From NCBI GenBank assembly GCA_024421095.1, contig JAHQYM010000003.1, positions 1 to 58,569 of the forward strand: 58,569 nucleotides of DNA. Reading direction: 5' to 3'. The notes below the pieces were generated by a model that saw only the letters and a list, made by a program, of their open reading frames with translations, was not told where the DNA came from and did no database searches. Position numbers and translations under genes: made by a program. Every line of letters starts with the position of its first letter. Positions within the stretch are counted from its first letter, which is position 1. The DNA is from Acidimicrobiia bacterium. GTDB lineage: Bacteria > Actinomycetota > Acidimicrobiia > Acidimicrobiales > Aldehydirespiratoraceae. Positions 10,236 through 20,378 of the stretch are shown here, one piece after another.

Positions 10236-13072
10236 CAGCCGATACGTTTCGTAAAAGCTAGCACAGCTTCAGCCAAGCTAATAGATATACTTGGCGTACT
10301 GCGCTCAGCATGGTCATTGCTTGCTGCAATACTGATCAGTTCATCGGCAGTTGCTGCGCCTATGAGCCGCCCAAAGCGACCCAAGGACGCGGCCAAAGCA
10401 TCCCGATTATGACGCGGCGCAGACAAAACCAACCGCCCAGGCCCCTCATTGAAAAACGCTGTGAACGCATCTTCGCCGTCGGTCGGCACAGTCACCGCCA
10501 AACCACAGCGCGCACCAATAGCCATTTCCGCGAGAGCCACCGCAAGGCCGCCATCGCTACAATCATGCGCTGAGGACACCAACCCCGCCATAATCAAAGC
10601 ATGCACCCGCCTATACCGAGGTAGAGGATCGGCAAGGGGGGACGGCACTTGCGTTGCACCGAGTGCATACAGCGCATCGGCAACCGAACCACCAAGCGCT
10701 CCACTCCCCCACCCAACCAACCACAAATCGTCGCCAACGCGCATTTGGGCCGAATTGATCGCACGATGCAAATCGGGCACCACGCCCAACGCAGAAATCA
10801 GTAACGTACCGGGAATAGCCCGACCTTCGTATTCGTTGAAAAGACTGTCCTTTCCAGAAATAAAAGGCATGGCGTAGCGGCGAGCTCCCTCAACGCAGCC
10901 TTGCACAGCCCGCACCAGCCCACCTAGCCGATCGCTTTTGGTCGGGTCACCCCAGCAGAAGTTGTCTAGCAAAGCAACCCGATTCGGGTCACCACCGACG
11001 GCGACTAGATTACGTACCGCCTCATCTAGAGCCAACAAAGCCATGGCGTAGGGATCATGCACGCCAACCCGAGGGCACAACCCGTTGCTCAGCACCACAG
11101 CCCGCGTTGTATCAGCGCTAGTGAGCGGTTTGATAACCGCAGCATCGGCCGGGCCATCGCCATGTTGCCCCACATATGGGCGCACCACGCTACCACCGCG
11201 CACTTCGTGGTCGTAACGGCGCACAATGTCTTCTTTGCTCGCAATATCAGGGTGAGCCAAGAACTCAAGCAGCAAAGCATCGCCCAAACCGGGGGTGCTT
11301 ACCAGGCTCGGCAAGGGGTCAACCCAAATCGCGCTCAGCTTGCGCCGAGGCAACCCGTGATGCAGAAAGTCCATCGACATGTTGATGACCGTGTGGTCAC
11401 CGTGACGCACCACTAGGTCATTAGAACCTGTGAAACTACCGAGGTCGGTCAACTCAACATCCCAGTCTGCACACAATTCACGCAGGGCTCCTAGCGCTGA
11501 ATGCGGAACTGCCAGCACCATTCGCTCCTGAGCTTCCGAAAGCCAGATCTCCCAAGGTTGCAATCCCGGATATTTCAGCGGCAAACCTTCAAGGTGGATA
11601 TCGACACCGAGATGTTTACCCATCTCACCAACTGCTGATGACAACCCACCCGCACCACAGTCGGTGATTGCGTTGTATAACCCCGCCTCACACGCCCGTT
11701 CCACCACCTCGATACAACCTTTTTCGGTGATCGGATCACCGATTTGCACCGCGGCTCCCACCGTGTCAACCGTGGTCGTGTCCATACTCGCCGACGAAAA
11801 TGTGGCACCATGGATTCCGTCTCTGCCAACCCGCCCCCCAATGCACACCACCCGGTCGCCAACTTGGGCAGAGTTGCGATGCTTACCGTGACGCAAAAGC
11901 CCCAACGCCCCGCAATACACGAGTGGGTTGGCGGTGTAACCCTCGTGGTACACGACCGCTCCGTTCAGCGTTGGTAACCCGAGTTTGTTTGCGTAATCGG
12001 CTATCCCCGCAACCACACCCTCACGCATCCGACGCGGATGGTGTACCCCGCGCGGCATGCGTTCATCGCTCAAATCTTCAGGGCCAAAACACAAAACGTT
12101 GGTGCAGGCAATGGGCCTTGCCGACACCGCCAAAACGTCTCGCACCACGCCACCGATACCGGTGTTCGCCCCACCAAAGGGTTCCAGCGCTGAGGGATGA
12201 TTGTGAGTTTCCACCTTGAAAGCAAGGTCGAAATCGTCATCAAAAGCCACTATCCCGGCATCATCAACGAAAGCTGAGCGCAACCACCAAGGGTTCAGAG
12301 CTTCAGTTGCTTGGCGCAACTCTCCTAACAAACTCTTGTGCCGGCTCACAATCCGCTGCCCATTGGCTTTGCTGTGCAGCAACTCAATCTCGGCAGTGAA
12401 GGTCTTGTGTACGCAATGCTCCGACCAGGTTTGCGCCAACGTTTCCAGCTCAGCGTCGGTCGGGTGACGTGCCAGAGAACCAAAATACTCTTGAATAGCG
12501 CGCATTTCGTGGGTGTCGAGCGACAGCAACCGCGCCTTACTCAAATCCGCTAGTTCACGGTCGTCTAGGCCCCGTAACGGCACCGCCACAACTTCTGTCG
12601 GCACGGAAATTCTGCTAGGAAACACCGCCGGCAAAGCACCGGTCGACCATTGTTCAATGGTTTCGTTGACAAGCAAACGTCTGCTCAGCAAAGCCACTGT
12701 TTCGTTGGTGAGATTGCCTTGCAGGTCATAGCGTCGCGCAGTCGCGGCACGCAAATTTCTTAGGCCGAGTTGCCTTGCCGCAGATTCGAGTTCTCTTGCT
12801 TCAACGTCGGTAACTCCCGCAAGCGGCGCAACTTCAATCGAGTGGCCGAGTCTCGGCGGTTCGGTACCTATCCAAACTTGCTCAACTACCGGATCCACTA
12901 GCACTTCAGCGCAAAGACGCTCGATCTGGGTTCTTGCCCCATCAAAATCAAGATGATAAACGCGATAGACATCACAGTTTTGAAGACCCTCAGCACCAAC
13001 TAACGGTGCCGCTGCCACTAGTGCCGCAGCTAACGGCGAGAGTGGTGCGCCGACCGTAACCCGAACAGTCAT
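10235..13072 (-). CDS. purL: FGAM synthase subunit PurL with an N-terminal tandem PurS-like extension
   Basis: 945 aa. Core PurL motifs: VETHNHPSA, GGANTGIGGVVRD, DCGAGGLSSA. The first roughly 170 aa contain two PurS-like segments ending in EVLVDPVVEQ and RLLVNETIEQ. Its stop overlaps the purQ start by 1 nt (TGATG). Confidence 0.9.
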   Translation of the reverse strand: MTVRVTVGAPLSPLAAALVAAAPLVGAEGLQNCDVYRVYHLDFDGARTQIERLCAEVLVDPVVEQVWIGTEPPRLGHSIEVAPLAGVTDVEARELESAARQLGLRNLRAATARRYDLQGNLTNETVALLSRRLLVNETIEQWSTGALPAVFPSRISVPTEVVAVPLRGLDDRELADLSKARLLSLDTHEMRAIQEYFGSLARHPTDAELETLAQTWSEHCVHKTFTAEIELLHSKANGQRIVSRHKSLLGELRQATEALNPWWLRSAFVDDAGIVAFDDDFDLAFKVETHNHPSALEPFGGANTGIGGVVRDVLAVSARPIACTNVLCFGPEDLSDERMPRGVHHPRRMREGVVAGIADYANKLGLPTLNGAVVYHEGYTANPLVYCGALGLLRHGKHRNSAQVGDRVVCIGGRVGRDGIHGATFSSASMDTTTVDTVGAAVQIGDPITEKGCIEVVERACEAGLYNAITDCGAGGLSSAVGEMGKHLGVDIHLEGLPLKYPGLQPWEIWLSEAQERMVLAVPHSALGALRELCADWDVELTDLGSFTGSNDLVVRHGDHTVINMSMDFLHHGLPRRKLSAIWVDPLPSLVSTPGLGDALLLEFLAHPDIASKEDIVRRYDHEVRGGSVVRPYVGQHGDGPADAAVIKPLTSADTTRAVVLSNGLCPRVGVHDPYAMALLALDEAVRNLVAVGGDPNRVALLDNFCWGDPTKSDRLGGLVRAVQGCVEGARRYAMPFISGKDSLFNEYEGRAIPGTLLISALGVVPDLHRAINSAQMRVGDDLWLVGWGSGALGGSVADALYALGATQVPSPLADPLPRYRRVHALIMAGLVSSAHDCSDGGLAVALAEMAIGARCGLAVTVPTDGEDAFTAFFNEGPGRLVLSAPRHNRDALAASLGRFGRLIGAATADELISIAASNDHAERSTPSISISLAEAVLAFTKRIG

Positions 13073-13139
13073 AACGTATCGTTGCTCCGTGTTGCCTGCG
13101 GCTTGGTTGACGACTTAGCTACCGGATAAGACGCTGGAT

Positions 13140-14417
13140 TCAAACAGCGGCTTTTTCGAGCACATGAACGCCACACGCCGATCCCAAACCGATCACATGC
13201 GCCAACCCGACTTTAGCACCAGCAATTTGGCGTTCACCGGCCTCACCGCGCAGGTGGGTGGTTATCTCATAGACATTGGCAACACCAGTAGCACCAATGG
13301 GGTGGCCTTTCGATATCAAACCTCCCGAGACGTTCACCGGTGTTGAGCCATCACGAAACGGCGCACCCGAATCGATAAAGTCTCCAGCGCCACCTTGTTC
13401 ACACAAACCGAGATTATCGTAGTGGATTAGTTCGGCGGTAGCGAAACAATCGTGAAGTTCAACCAGATCAAGGTCTTCTGGTGCTACTCCAGCAGTTTCA
13501 TACGCCAGCGCCGCCGCATTGCGGGTGAGGGTACTCACATCGGGTTGCACTTGACTAGATTCGGTGTAAGGGTCTGAAGTAAGCACCGACGCAGATATTT
13601 TGACGGCGCGGCGGCGGACATCTTGAGGCATGCTTTTGAGACGTTCCCCCGAGATCAACACAACCGCTGCGGCACCATCCCCAGTTGGGCAACACATAAG
13701 CAAAGTGTTGGGGTAACTCATGGTTGGTGATTGCATAATTTCGTCCAAGCTGAAGGCTTTGCGATATTGAGCTAGTGGGTTTCGGGTGGAATGCAGATGA
13801 TTCTTGTAGGCCACTTTGGCAAACTGTTCAAAACCCACTCCCGGGTGTTCGTTGGCGTATTCCATCCCAGCCTGCGCGAACACGCCGGGCATAGTTTCGG
13901 TGCCCAAATAACCGTCTAATGAGGTGACCGCACCGTAACGGCCCTTCGGTTCATACACAGATTTTTCTTTGCTGCTGTGAGCCCCGGCTAGCAAACCCAT
14001 CTTGCCCATCTGTTCGGCACCCACAGCCAAACCCATATCGGCTTCGCCGGCTTTGATCGCAAGGTAAACCGTTCTTATTGCGGTTGCACCAGTGGCACAA
14101 GCGTTGGTCACGTTATAGACCGGTATCCCAGTTTGACCAATCTGCTTTTGGAGACGTTGTCCTAGAGAGGTGCCTGCTTTGAGAAGTGTGCCAGCGGCTA
14201 GAACGTCCATGTCGTGGATACTGACGTTGCCATCATCAAGGGCGGCGAGCGCGGTTTGCGCGGCTAGATCGACGATGTCTTGGTCTTCATAACGTCCGAA
14301 GTGGGTCATATCTGCACCCAGAACCCACACACTGTCGGAACTGATTTTGCGAACCGGTTTTCGGCTTGTTGAGCTTTGTGTTTGTGACATTTTGGTGCTT
14401 TCTTGTTGGTGGGTCAA
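13140..14417 (-). CDS. thiolase-family protein (SCP-x / lipid-transfer-type acetyl-CoA acyltransferase)
   Basis: Active-site Cys context NACATGATA and C-terminal GHPIGATG. The start may be TTG at 14417 or ATG at 14390. Confidence 0.85.
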   Translation of the reverse strand: MTHQQESTKMSQTQSSTSRKPVRKISSDSVWVLGADMTHFGRYEDQDIVDLAAQTALAALDDGNVSIHDMDVLAAGTLLKAGTSLGQRLQKQIGQTGIPVYNVTNACATGATAIRTVYLAIKAGEADMGLAVGAEQMGKMGLLAGAHSSKEKSVYEPKGRYGAVTSLDGYLGTETMPGVFAQAGMEYANEHPGVGFEQFAKVAYKNHLHSTRNPLAQYRKAFSLDEIMQSPTMSYPNTLLMCCPTGDGAAAVVLISGERLKSMPQDVRRRAVKISASVLTSDPYTESSQVQPDVSTLTRNAAALAYETAGVAPEDLDLVELHDCFATAELIHYDNLGLCEQGGAGDFIDSGAPFRDGSTPVNVSGGLISKGHPIGATGVANVYEITTHLRGEAGERQIAGAKVGLAHVIGLGSACGVHVLEKAAV

Positions 14418-14827
14418 CTGGGTTGGTAGCCAAAGGCGACCGCTTCGGTGCCGTCATCGTCGGCGCCGATGCAGTAGGTGGTGAGTTGAAGCGGCATACC
14501 CAATCGCACCACATCTGGGTTTGGGTCGCAGTTAACCACATTTGCTCTCACCGTGGTGCCGTCTTTGGTTTCTACCACAGCCGACACGAAAGGCGCGGGG
14601 ATGCCTGGTGCCGCTCGATGCACGATCGTGAAAGATTTCAACTTGGCTTCATTGCGTATTGGCACTTTTGTGAACTGGCGCAAGCCGCATTGGGCGCAGG
14701 CATTGCGGCGGTCAAAGAACCGAGCACCGCAGTTGGTGCATTCGTTGGCTACTAGATGCGGTTGCTTATCAAGACGCAGGTAATCAACTAAAGGGATTTG
14801 CGGCGTCGGGTCAATTTGCATGAGCAC
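14414..14827 (-). CDS. DUF35 OB-fold / zinc-ribbon acyl-CoA-associated protein
   Basis: Zn ribbon CTNCGARFFDRRNACAQCG followed by an OB-like C-terminal half. This is the classic partner of SCP-x-type thiolases, and it overlaps the thiolase start. Confidence 0.8.
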   Translation of the reverse strand: MLMQIDPTPQIPLVDYLRLDKQPHLVANECTNCGARFFDRRNACAQCGLRQFTKVPIRNEAKLKSFTIVHRAAPGIPAPFVSAVVETKDGTTVRANVVNCDPNPDVVRLGMPLQLTTYCIGADDDGTEAVAFGYQPS

Positions 14828-14857
14828 TCCAGTTGCTTAGCTCTCCAATCGTTGAGG

Positions 14858-15445
14858 TTATCTGCGAGTGTCCGATGTTTGCCACTTGCCGCGATGGATT
14901 AACTCGTGAAGGTTCTTGCGCTGGCGTTTCTGGCTGCTCGAAGGTTTGGAGGTGCTGCGGTAACCGAGCGCTACCGCGCCGATTGCTTTTTGCCGCGGTG
15001 GTACGCCGAAGCGTTTACGTACTTCGCTTTCGTGGTTGAACAAACCAAAGAATAATGCTCCAAGACCAGCATCTTGGGCTGCTAGAAGCAGTGTTTGCAC
15101 TGCTGCTCCGCCGTCAACAAACCAATACGGAACCGGCCACGCGTCTAAGGAATCTCCTAACGTTAGGTGGGCTTTGTCTGCTTCGCGGTAGCGGTCGAGG
15201 TATCGCTCTGGGTCGACCCAGCAGATCACAATGGCTGGCGCGTGCAGCAACTCGGGCCATGCGAAGGTCTTGCGCCTGGCTGGGCTGAGCGTGGTGTCCC
15301 AATAGTTGGTTAAATCTTCTGGGGTATCAAGCACTAGCCATTCGAGTGCCGCGGTGTTGCCTGCCGATGGGGCACGGCGAGCCAAGTCGATCAGTGTTTC
15401 AATGAGTGTTGGGGGCAATGGATCGGGTAGAAACGCCCGGGTCAT
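14858..15445 (-). CDS. nitroreductase-family protein
   Basis: N-terminal RAFLPDPLP...LIDLARRAPSAGN pattern typical of the nitroreductase fold. Confidence 0.7.
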   Translation of the reverse strand: MTRAFLPDPLPPTLIETLIDLARRAPSAGNTAALEWLVLDTPEDLTNYWDTTLSPARRKTFAWPELLHAPAIVICWVDPERYLDRYREADKAHLTLGDSLDAWPVPYWFVDGGAAVQTLLLAAQDAGLGALFFGLFNHESEVRKRFGVPPRQKAIGAVALGYRSTSKPSSSQKRQRKNLHELIHRGKWQTSDTRR

Positions 15446-15483
15446 CCGGCGCTGGCGGACGACAGCGGCGAAGTTTGAGTTCT

Positions 15484-16167
15484 TCAGAGCAGTTGCTCTA
15501 GGTCTTCAAGCATGGCCCAACCAAATACGATTAAGGTGTCGCCCGCAACTTTGTCTAACTCGAGGAATTGTGCTCGCACATCTTCGGGCACGGTTTCGGG
15601 TGTGGCACTAGCAAAATCTAGCACGATTGCCGGGTTGCCAGCACCACGCACGGTGAAGGCACGGTCTTCGTAACGGCTGGGCCCAATGCCAAAACGTTTT
15701 GCCAAACGGCGACCCCAGGCCCGTTGTTCGCCCGAGGCTTTGTGGTTTGGGCGCGGGATGATGTCGGTGAGTGTTTTGTAGGCTTCTAGGGCACCGGGGT
15801 CGTTGATTTGCGTGCCTAGCAAGACATCTTCATCGGGGAATGCCAAAACCGCACGCCTCCATTGATCGGTCAGCATCGTGCGGAGGATCACATCGCGTTT
15901 GGTATTTCGACAGATGTGGGCGGCACCGACTAGCAAACTCGGCGTACCGCCAATGCGTTCAAGACTACAAAATGAGAACCCGCAGATACGGCGGGCCTCA
16001 CTGGCGATGGTCAACAACACCCATTGTTCAGTTTGCTGAGACAACAACTTCTTTTTGAACGCATTGGGCGAGTCGGCGCAAAGTTCAGCCATCTCAACAA
16101 GTTCGGCATCGCTTACGGTAGAGCAGTCCTTTGTCTCCACTTCAATTGTCATTGCCGCTTCCCCCAA
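15484..16167 (-). CDS. hypothetical protein (possibly acyl-CoA N-acyltransferase-like fold)
   Basis: 227-aa ORF filling the gap between the nitroreductase gene and dnaE on the same strand. No motif I can name with certainty. Confidence 0.55.
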   Translation of the reverse strand: MGEAAMTIEVETKDCSTVSDAELVEMAELCADSPNAFKKKLLSQQTEQWVLLTIASEARRICGFSFCSLERIGGTPSLLVGAAHICRNTKRDVILRTMLTDQWRRAVLAFPDEDVLLGTQINDPGALEAYKTLTDIIPRPNHKASGEQRAWGRRLAKRFGIGPSRYEDRAFTVRGAGNPAIVLDFASATPETVPEDVRAQFLELDKVAGDTLIVFGWAMLEDLEQLL

Positions 16168-16226
16168 AATATTCTCCTAGCCTAATAGTGTGAGCAATGC
16201 AGAGGCAATTCGCAACTTCAGTTGGC

Positions 16227-19200
16227 TCATAGAAGTATCGAATCTGAGCCGAGCAGGTCACGAACCTCCGCTACCACACCGTTGGCGCGATCGACAGCGA
16301 ATTTGTTGTGCAAACGCAAAACACGTGCATCGCTTAGGTACAACTCGACTTGACATTTACCGGGATGCGCTTCAAGCACACTTTTTAGTTGGGCTAGTTT
16401 GTTTTTTTTGTGTTGCTGCAAATTGAGACGCACCCGCAACACCGGCACCTCAAGCTGTTCGTCGACCACTTCAATGTTCGTGGCAATCAGATTTGTGGTT
16501 TCTTCACCCCCACCGCCTCTACGTCCTCGCGCCGACCTGCCAGATTCTTTTCTACCTCGAACCAGAACGATGGCATCATTTTCTAGTTTGTCAGTGCATT
16601 CTTTCATTAACTTTGGAAACACTACGACTTCTATTGATCCTCCTAAATCTTCTAAATCAAAGGAAGCCATCAGTTCACCTTTGTTGGTAAAACGCCGGTT
16701 GAGGTTAGTTAGTGAACCACCGACAGTGAAGAACGCCTTGTCGGGTTGGTCATGGATGGCCGCTATCGAACAGTCGGTTTTACGGCGAATCTGCGCCTCG
16801 TAGCCTCTGAGCGGATGATCAGAAACATACAGCCCCAACATTTCACGTTCGTGAGCAAGTTTGGTTTTCTTGTCAAATTCGACTTCTGGTACCTCTGGCC
16901 GATCATCGAAGGTCGGTTCATCACTGGCACCTTCGAATAAAGACATCGCGCCCAAGTCTTGTTCTTTGCGTCGTTCTACAGTCATCTCGGTGATGCGCTC
17001 ATGGACTTGGAGTAGGCCTTTACGGGGGTGACCGAGTGAGTCGAACGCACCACTCTTGATCAACGATTCGGTGGTGCGTTTGTTCAAAGAATCGAGGCTG
17101 ACCCGTTCAATGAAGTCGGTGAATGAAGTGTAGGGCCCGTTTTCTTCTCTTTCGGCGATGATCTTGGCCACGAAACCCACCCCGACATTACGTATGGCGG
17201 AGAGGCCAAAAACAATTCGCCCCAGGCTGGAGGCGTTTGGTTCTAAGTTTGGTTCTGGTGTAAAGTCCGATTCTGAACGATTGATGTCTGGCACGCCAAC
17301 GTCTACACCCATTATTCTGCACTCGTTCAAATAAACTGCCGCTGATTCTAGCTTATTTTTGACACTTGTTAGCAATGCTGATAGATATTCAACTGGATAA
17401 TTGGCTTTGAGGTACGCGATTTGATAAGCGATAAGACCATAACCATAGGAGTGGCTTTTGTTGAAAGCATAATCAGCGAAACTAGCTATGATTTCAAACA
17501 TCTCTTCGGCCAAAGACTTTTTGTAACCGTTCTGGACCACCCCATTCACAAATTTCTCTTGTTCTTTGGCCATGGCTTCACGAATCTTTTTGCCCATCGC
17601 TTTGCGTAGCGAATCTGCTTCAGCGAGCGTGTATCCCGCGAACTTTTGCGCCATCCGCATAACGCTTTCTTGGTAGATCATCAATCCGTAAGTGTCGTTG
17701 AGTATTTCTTGCGCGTCAGGATGGATGAATTCCACTTTGGCTCGACCATTTTTTCGGTCGGCGTAGTCGTTATGCATGTTGGCCGCCATCGGCCCGGGTC
17801 GGTATAGCGCAACTAGTGCCGCAACATCGTCTAGCGAGGTCGGGGCCAAGGAACGAATCAGAGCACGCATCGGGGTTGATTCGAGTTGGAACACACCAAT
17901 TGTGTCGCCCCGTTTCAGCAGGTTGAAGGTGGTTTCGTCTTCGAGGTTGATGGCATCTATATCAACCGTTTCTGAACGAGTCTTTTTGATCAGTTCGAGG
18001 CAGTCGGCGATGACGTCAAGGTTACGTAACCCTAGGAAGTCCATCTTCAAAAGGCCCAGGCTTTCCACGCTGTTCATCTCATATTGGGTGACGATAGGCG
18101 ATTCTTCGATGCTCTTTTTTGCTTCTGGTTTACGTTGTATGGGAAGATAGTCGGTGATTGGTTGATCGGTGATTACCACGGCTGCCGCATGCACGCTGTC
18201 TTGACGGCGCAAACCTTCAAGCCCTTTGGCAAGTTCCACAACTTTGGCGATGTCGGGGTCGTTGTCTACCAATTCTCGTAACTCGGAAGCGGCGCGGTAA
18301 CCCTCAATATATTTTGGGTCTTTTTCGAAACAGTATTTCAATGGCGTGGCTCGCCCCACCATTAGTGGCGGCATGGCCTTAGCGACTTTGTCACCTAAGC
18401 CGTAGGGATAACCCATCACTCGCGCGGCATCGCGCACCGCGGCGCGCGCTTTGATTTGTGAGAAAGTGATGATTTGAGCCACATTATCTCGCCCATAACG
18501 TTCGGCTGCGTAGCGGATTATTGCGTCACGGTGGCGGGTTTCAAAGTCCATGTCGATGTCGGGCATGGACACCCGAGAAGGATTGAGGAAACGCTCAAAA
18601 AGCAGGTCGTACTTGATTGGGTCTAGGTCGGTTATTTTGAGCGAGAAAGCAACCGCGCAGCCAGCCGCTGAACCTCGCCCAGGGCCAACTCTGTAACCAC
18701 TGTCTCGGGCAAATTTGATCAAGTCCCAAGTGATCAGGAAGTACGCGGAGAAACCCATGTTATCGATCACGTTGAGTTCATAGTCAAGCCGTTCGGTTAC
18801 ATCCCTACGTAAGGGTGCGCCCCAACGCTCCTTTGCACCTGCATAGGTGAGGGCGCGCAGGTATTCCGTGTCCGTATCGAACCCTTCAGGGAGAGGAAAT
18901 TTTGGAAGTTTAGGTTTACCGAATTCAATGTTGACATTTGCACGTTCAGCAATCCAGAGTGTGTTATCGCAGGCTTCAGGTGTGTCCTTAAATAGTTCTC
19001 GCATCTCTTGAGATGTCTTGAGATAGTGTTGGTCGCCATGGAATTTGAAGCGGTTGGTGTCGGAGAGAAGCGACCCGGTTTGTACGCAAAGCAGCGCATC
19101 ATGTGCTGGCGCGTCGGTGGAGTGCGTGTAATGACTGTCATTCGTGGCTAAAAGTGGCGCGTTCAGTTTGCGCGCTATCTCGATTAGTTGCGGGTTAGTC

Positions 19201-19790
19201 CGAGCTTGATCGGGGATACCATGATCTTGCAGTTCGATAAAGTAGTTGTCCCTACCGAAAATATCTTGAAAACGCGCGGCTTGTTCAAGGGCTAACTTTT
19301 CATTACCTTTCAGCAAAGATTGCAGCACATGACCACCTAAGCATCCGCAGGTAGCTATTATGCCTTCACTATATTTATCAAGCAGTTCAAAATCGGCACG
19401 TGGTTTGTAATGATATCCAGAAAGGAAAGCCTGACTCGATATTTGAATTAGGTTCTTGTATCCTACGTCGTTTTCAGCCAACAGAATCGCGTGGTAGTAG
19501 AGTTTTTTGCCAGATCCGGTGCTGCCACCCGAATCATCAGTGTTGCCACTGCGGTAGGGGCGTTCGTGACGTGATTCGTGCGCTAGGTAAACCTCGCTAC
19601 CAACAATAGGTTTGATGCCTTGCTCTTGGCAACCCTGATAGAATTCCAAGACTCCATACATGTTGCCGTGGTCGGTGATAGCCATTGCCGGTTGCTTGTC
19701 ACGGACTGCGGCACTAATGGCATCAGCGACCCGCGATGCCCCGTCAAGCATTGAATATTCGGTGTGGACATGTAAATGGGCGAAGGACAC
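16227..19790 (-). CDS. dnaE: DNA polymerase III alpha subunit
   Basis: 1187 aa. PHP domain N-terminus FAHLHVHTEYSMLDG, PDIDMDF palm motif, OB-fold C-terminus. Confidence 0.97.
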   Translation of the reverse strand: MSFAHLHVHTEYSMLDGASRVADAISAAVRDKQPAMAITDHGNMYGVLEFYQGCQEQGIKPIVGSEVYLAHESRHERPYRSGNTDDSGGSTGSGKKLYYHAILLAENDVGYKNLIQISSQAFLSGYHYKPRADFELLDKYSEGIIATCGCLGGHVLQSLLKGNEKLALEQAARFQDIFGRDNYFIELQDHGIPDQARTNPQLIEIARKLNAPLLATNDSHYTHSTDAPAHDALLCVQTGSLLSDTNRFKFHGDQHYLKTSQEMRELFKDTPEACDNTLWIAERANVNIEFGKPKLPKFPLPEGFDTDTEYLRALTYAGAKERWGAPLRRDVTERLDYELNVIDNMGFSAYFLITWDLIKFARDSGYRVGPGRGSAAGCAVAFSLKITDLDPIKYDLLFERFLNPSRVSMPDIDMDFETRHRDAIIRYAAERYGRDNVAQIITFSQIKARAAVRDAARVMGYPYGLGDKVAKAMPPLMVGRATPLKYCFEKDPKYIEGYRAASELRELVDNDPDIAKVVELAKGLEGLRRQDSVHAAAVVITDQPITDYLPIQRKPEAKKSIEESPIVTQYEMNSVESLGLLKMDFLGLRNLDVIADCLELIKKTRSETVDIDAINLEDETTFNLLKRGDTIGVFQLESTPMRALIRSLAPTSLDDVAALVALYRPGPMAANMHNDYADRKNGRAKVEFIHPDAQEILNDTYGLMIYQESVMRMAQKFAGYTLAEADSLRKAMGKKIREAMAKEQEKFVNGVVQNGYKKSLAEEMFEIIASFADYAFNKSHSYGYGLIAYQIAYLKANYPVEYLSALLTSVKNKLESAAVYLNECRIMGVDVGVPDINRSESDFTPEPNLEPNASSLGRIVFGLSAIRNVGVGFVAKIIAEREENGPYTSFTDFIERVSLDSLNKRTTESLIKSGAFDSLGHPRKGLLQVHERITEMTVERRKEQDLGAMSLFEGASDEPTFDDRPEVPEVEFDKKTKLAHEREMLGLYVSDHPLRGYEAQIRRKTDCSIAAIHDQPDKAFFTVGGSLTNLNRRFTNKGELMASFDLEDLGGSIEVVVFPKLMKECTDKLENDAIVLVRGRKESGRSARGRRGGGGEETTNLIATNIEVVDEQLEVPVLRVRLNLQQHKKNKLAQLKSVLEAHPGKCQVELYLSDARVLRLHNKFAVDRANGVVAEVRDLLGSDSILL

Positions 19791-19837
19791 GCTGCGACTT
19801 TCTTTGTGGTAGTGGTCTTGCTATTCCGGTTGCGGCT

Positions 19838-20350
19838 CTAGAGGTAGGTGCCGGGTCTGTCGTCGCCGATGGGCCCATGGCTCGTTTGCGGTGGCCCGAT
19901 CTGGCCACGCATGGTTTGCAACTGTTGTTGCGCGGCCATTTGTTGTGCAAAAAGCATCGCTTGCATACCTTGAATCAAGCCTTCAAGCCAACCAACCAAT
20001 TGCGCTTTGGCAATTTGCAATTCGGTTCTCGACGGCGTGTCTTCACGCCCAAATGGCAGCGCTAAACGTGTTAGTTCGGCAACCAGGTCAGGAGATAACG
20101 TGGCACCAAGTTCATTCACTGATGTCTCATAAATGTCTCGCAGACGGTCTCGGCTAGGTTCGTCAAGTTCAGTGGACCGCACCTCTTCAAGCAACTGCTT
20201 CATCATGGTGCCGATACGCATCACCTTAGCTGGATGATCAATCGATTCTTCGTTTCGATCGTCCGTTTCTGGAGCATCAACAACTTCAGGTTTTTCAATA
20301 AATGTCGATTCTTCATCAGACAATTCAACAGAATCTTGGTGATTTGTCAC
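19838..20350 (-). CDS. bpa: bacterial proteasome activator (Bpa/PafE, DUF2587)
   Basis: 170 aa: acidic disordered N-terminus, helical core, and a C-terminus ending in GTYL (compare GQYL of M. tuberculosis Bpa and Mpa). Confidence 0.75.
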   Translation of the reverse strand: MTNHQDSVELSDEESTFIEKPEVVDAPETDDRNEESIDHPAKVMRIGTMMKQLLEEVRSTELDEPSRDRLRDIYETSVNELGATLSPDLVAELTRLALPFGREDTPSRTELQIAKAQLVGWLEGLIQGMQAMLFAQQMAAQQQLQTMRGQIGPPQTSHGPIGDDRPGTYL

Positions 20351-20378
20351 CTTTTCTCCTCTTTCAAATGAAATAAAA

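Noticed and set aside
13073-13139. Purine riboswitch or leader upstream of purL
   Set aside because: Only 67 nt are available, and there is no recognisable three-way-junction sequence.
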